NCBI GenBank assembly: GCA_025454275.1
Contig: JALOOS010000002.1
Location: forward strand, 1-38,924
Direction of reading: 5' to 3'
DNA from: Desulfobacterales bacterium
GTDB lineage: Bacteria; Desulfobacterota; Desulfobacteria; Desulfobacterales; SpSt-501
DNA: 38,924 bases
Shown here: positions 36,412 to 38,924 of the stretch, in pieces
Numbering within the stretch: position 1 is the stretch's first letter
Layout: each line of letters starts with the position of its first letter
Made by a program: the position numbers and the translations under genes
Notes under the pieces: generated by a model
Database searches by the model: none
Seen by the model: the letters and a program-made list of their open reading frames with translations, nothing else
What the model was told of the DNA's origin: nothing

Positions 36412-37326
36412 TCAGGATCCGGCGGGCGCACCGAAGACGCAGCAGTAGTCGAGACCGCGCCCGGCGGATGCGACCTGGAGCACTGCGGCGAGCTCCCCGC
36501 GCGCATCCACCACCTTGATCAGACTACCGGCGGAGGGCTGCGCCCGGTCGCTGCCGAGCTCCTCCCAGCCGAGCCGCCGGCCGTGGCGGATCTTTGCCAG
36601 CAGCGCAGGATCGGCCGCGACTTCCGGCCACCCGTTCAGCGCCCGGGCCATGGGGATCACCTGCCGGCCGGCAAGCCCCTCCCGGCTCATGGATGCCAGC
36701 GTCTCCAGCGAGAGGGCCTGTTCGATCCGGAAGCCGCCGCTCTCGGTGCGGGTCAATTCGCTCGCGTGAGCGCCGCAGCCGAGCGCACGGCCGATGTCCG
36801 CGCAGAGGGTGCGCACATAGGTGCCGGCCGAACAGCGCACCGCGAAGCGCACCCGCGGCAGTGCCACCGCCTGCATCCGGATATAGTCGATGCGCACGCT
36901 GCGCTCGGGTTTGCGCACCGGTGTGCCGCGCCGCGCCAAGGCGTAGAGCGGCACCCCCTCGTGCTTGAGGGCCGAGTAGACCGGCGGCGCCTGGGAGCGC
37001 GTCCCCTCGAAGCCCTTAAGGCAGCTCTCGATCTGCTCGGCCGTAACGGTGCTCCAGTCCCCCTCTGCCACCACGCGCCCCGTCCGGTCCTGAGTGTCGG
37101 TCTCCACCCCGAGGGTCATTTCGGCCGCGTAGGTCTTCGCGTCGTGCAGCAGAAACCGGGCCAGGCGGGTCGCCTGATTGATGCAGCAGATCAGGACCCC
37201 GCGCGCAAAGGGGTCGAGTGTCCCGGCGTGCCCGGCGCGGGCGGCCTTGAGCAGGTGCTTCACGCGGGCGACCATCTGCGCCGAGGAAAAGCCCTCGGGC
37301 TTGTTCACGACCAGGATCCCGTTCAC
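36412..37326 (-). CDS. truB: tRNA pseudouridine(55) synthase
   Basis: (V)NGILVVNKPEGFSSAQMVARVKHLLKAARAGHAGTLDPFARGVLICCINQATRL...YAAEMTLGVETDTQD. The GTG at 37326 overlaps the nrnA stop (GTGA). The rest of the 545-aa track ORF is an out-of-frame shadow of nrnA. Confidence 0.9.
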   Translation of the reverse strand: MNGILVVNKPEGFSSAQMVARVKHLLKAARAGHAGTLDPFARGVLICCINQATRLARFLLHDAKTYAAEMTLGVETDTQDRTGRVVAEGDWSTVTAEQIESCLKGFEGTRSQAPPVYSALKHEGVPLYALARRGTPVRKPERSVRIDYIRMQAVALPRVRFAVRCSAGTYVRTLCADIGRALGCGAHASELTRTESGGFRIEQALSLETLASMSREGLAGRQVIPMARALNGWPEVAADPALLAKIRHGRRLGWEELGSDRAQPSAGSLIKVVDARGELAAVLQVASAGRGLDYCCVFGAPAGS

Positions 37327-38294
37327 ATCTCCACCGACCAGCGGGTCAGCTGCGCCTTGATCTCCGCTAGGCTCGTCTCCACCTGGTATCCGGCGGCGCC
37401 GAAATGGCCGCCTCCGCCGAAGGCACCGGCCCAGGCGGCGACATCCACGGTTCCGTCCGAACGCAGGCTGACGTGAAACCGGGTGCGGCCGACGCCGTCC
37501 GTCTCGCCGTCGCCCTGCTCCTGGATCAGGGCCGCCACCTTCACCGCCTCGATGCGCCGGGCGTAGTTGATCAGGCCGTCGACGTCCTCCGGCTGGGTGC
37601 CGGTCTCGGCCAGCATGCCGCGCGTGACCGTCATGACCGAGAGTTTGCCGTTGGGCGATATTTCGATCGAGTTGAGCGCCAGGTTGAGCAGCTTGATCCG
37701 GCCGAGCGAGTAGGAGCCGAAAACGTGCTGCGCGACGTGATAGGGGTCCACCCCGCACTCGGCCATCTCGCGGCTGATGGCGAAGGCGGCTGCGTTCGTG
37801 TTCGCGAACCGAAAGGATCCCGTGTCGGTCAGAATCCCCGTATAGACCGCGGTGGCGATATCCCGGTCGAAGCGGATCCCCAGCTGCGGGATGAGGCGGT
37901 GGATGATTTCCGCCGTGGCGCAGGCCTCGCCGTCGATGAGCTGGTAATGTCCGAAACCGGTGTTGGTGAGGTGGTGGTCGATGTTGATGATCAGGCGGAT
38001 TTGCGCCACCTGCGGCCAGTCGGGTCCGAGCCGGGAGATGTCCCCGCAATCGAGGATCACCGCGGCGTCGTAGACCTCCGGTGCCTCCAGCTGCCGTGTG
38101 ATCCGCGCTGCTCCCGGCAGAAACTGGTACACGGCCGGGATGGCGCTCGCGTTGTAGAGCGTGGTGCGCCGGCCGCTTTTTTCGAGCGCCAGGCCCAGGG
38201 CGAGCAGCGATCCCACGGCATCCCCATCGGGTTCCGCGTGCGACGCCACCAGGATGCGGCCGGCCGCCTTAATCCGTTGAATGATCGGGTTCAT
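37323..38294 (-). CDS. nrnA: DHH/DHHA1 family bifunctional oligoribonuclease / pAp phosphatase NrnA
   Basis: ILVASHAEPDGDAVGS, ILDCGD, INIDHH and GGGHFGAAG motifs. Conserved position between rbfA and truB. Confidence 0.85.
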   Translation of the reverse strand: MNPIIQRIKAAGRILVASHAEPDGDAVGSLLALGLALEKSGRRTTLYNASAIPAVYQFLPGAARITRQLEAPEVYDAAVILDCGDISRLGPDWPQVAQIRLIINIDHHLTNTGFGHYQLIDGEACATAEIIHRLIPQLGIRFDRDIATAVYTGILTDTGSFRFANTNAAAFAISREMAECGVDPYHVAQHVFGSYSLGRIKLLNLALNSIEISPNGKLSVMTVTRGMLAETGTQPEDVDGLINYARRIEAVKVAALIQEQGDGETDGVGRTRFHVSLRSDGTVDVAAWAGAFGGGGHFGAAGYQVETSLAEIKAQLTRWSVEM

Positions 38295-38640
38295 GGGCTT
38301 CGGGAAGCGATTTCAGCAGCTGGTCGATGCGCGCGCCGCGGTCCAGGGATTCGTCGTAGAAAAACTCCAGTGCGGGCATGTAGCGCAAGTCCAGGTTGCG
38401 GGCCAGATGGCGCTTGATGAACCCGGCGGCGCTGCGGAACCCGGCCAGGGCCTCGTCCGCGGCGGCCCGGCCGCCGGGGGCGGCGATGTACACCCGGGCG
38501 ATCCGCAGATCCCGCGTGAGCCGGACGCCCGTGATGGTCACCAGCTGCAGGCGCGGGTCGGAGACCTCCCGCCGCAGGAACTCCGATACGAGCTCCTGGA
38601 TCCGCCCGCCGACTCGCTCTGCCCGCGCCGCCGATGTCAT
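38269..38640 (-). CDS. rbfA: Ribosome-binding factor A
   Basis: MTSAARAERVGGRIQELVSEFLRREVSDPRLQLVTITGVRLTRDLRIARVYI...IKRHLARNLDLRYMPALEFFYDESLD. The ATG at 38640 overlaps the DUF503 stop (ATGA). Confidence 0.9.
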   Translation of the reverse strand: MTSAARAERVGGRIQELVSEFLRREVSDPRLQLVTITGVRLTRDLRIARVYIAAPGGRAAADEALAGFRSAAGFIKRHLARNLDLRYMPALEFFYDESLDRGARIDQLLKSLPEAHEPDHSTD

Positions 38641-38924
38641 GTGCTGATCAGCTCCATCTGCGTGTCGATGACCTCCGCCAGGCCCAGCTCCTCGGCCAGG
38701 TTGAACATCTTGTCGATCTTCGAGTTGATCAGGGCCTTGTCGTTGCCCACCAGGGAAAAGCCCACCACGGCGCGCTGATGGACGTCGTTCGCCTCGACCT
38801 CTGCCACCGAGGCATTGAAGTTGTTGCGCAGCTGCGCGATCACGGCCTTCACGATGCGCCGCTTCTCTTTGAGCGAGTGGCACTCGTGCAGCCGGAAGGT
38901 GATCAGCCCGATTCCAACGACCAT
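38637..38924 (-). CDS. DUF503 (YlxP-like) protein
   Basis: MVVGIGLITFRLHECHSLKEKRRIVKAVIAQLRNNFNASVAEVEANDVHQRAVVGFSLVGND... is the typical DUF503 protein found between infB and rbfA. Its ATG is the last three bases of the window. Confidence 0.8.
   Translation of the reverse strand: MVVGIGLITFRLHECHSLKEKRRIVKAVIAQLRNNFNASVAEVEANDVHQRAVVGFSLVGNDKALINSKIDKMFNLAEELGLAEVIDTQMELIST

Noticed and set aside
37327-38049. The N-terminal 240 residues of the 545-aa track ORF 36412-38049, which would make a giant TruB.
   Set aside because: This part overlaps nrnA in another frame and translates to Arg/Pro/Gly-rich nonsense. The TruB homology begins at VNGILVVNKPEG, whose GTG at 37326 overlaps the nrnA stop.
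1-38924. I searched the window for CRISPR-like spaced repeats, long direct or inverted repeats, IS ends, integrase/transposase/phage genes, rRNA/tRNA/tmRNA genes, and toxin-antitoxin or known defence gene sets.
   Set aside because: None was seen by eye. The longest non-coding gaps are about 300 nt, and the genes are mostly conserved housekeeping or signalling functions. A repeat finder, Infernal/Rfam and DefenseFinder/PADLOC would be the decisive checks.

Overview
GC-rich bacterial chromosomal window. Gene content and order suggest a Desulfobacterota/deltaproteobacterial-type genome, but that is inference only. I support about 35 protein-coding genes at high density. I see no rRNA or tRNA gene, CRISPR array, transposase, integrase or phage gene, so most of the window looks like ordinary core genome.

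Gene layout:
- 31.0-38.9 kb, minus strand: the conserved translation/RNA-turnover cluster DUF503-rbfA-nrnA-truB-rpsO-pnp-M16 peptidase-dut-MBL hydrolase.
- 27.5-31.0 kb, plus strand: a SpoT-like HD protein, then tdh-kbl.
- 0-19.4 kb: tonB (5' partial), a minus-strand operon (beta-CASP MBL hydrolase, MFS transporter, AhpD-like gene, GT4 glycosyltransferase), a NERD protein, a FabH-like enzyme with a large insert, a degenerate YchF paralog, a LEA_2 lipoprotein, AsmA, a stand-alone NrdD C-terminal mini-protein, an S1-domain protein, a large PilZ protein, htpX, and class IV aminotransferase-trxB-small Cys-rich ORF.

Best candidate for an undescribed module: the self-contained plus-strand operon at 19.6-25.9 kb. 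It holds a GspE/PilB-type ATPase with tandem MshEN-like c-di-GMP motifs, an HDOD protein, an orphan 395-aa protein, and an overlapping archaeal-type membrane LonB protease. No pilus or secretion partner genes are present. I cannot assign it to any known system, and the link is contextual only.

Other items worth a second look:
- An NrdD glycyl-radical-loop mini-protein.
- An AhpD-like gene that stops at TGA exactly at the second Cys of CxxC.
- A GT4 gene frameshifted at a G6 run.
- A Cys-rich ORF coupled to trxB.
- Structured rpsO and pnp leaders.

All calls rest on reading the translated ORFs and the DNA by eye. No database search was run.
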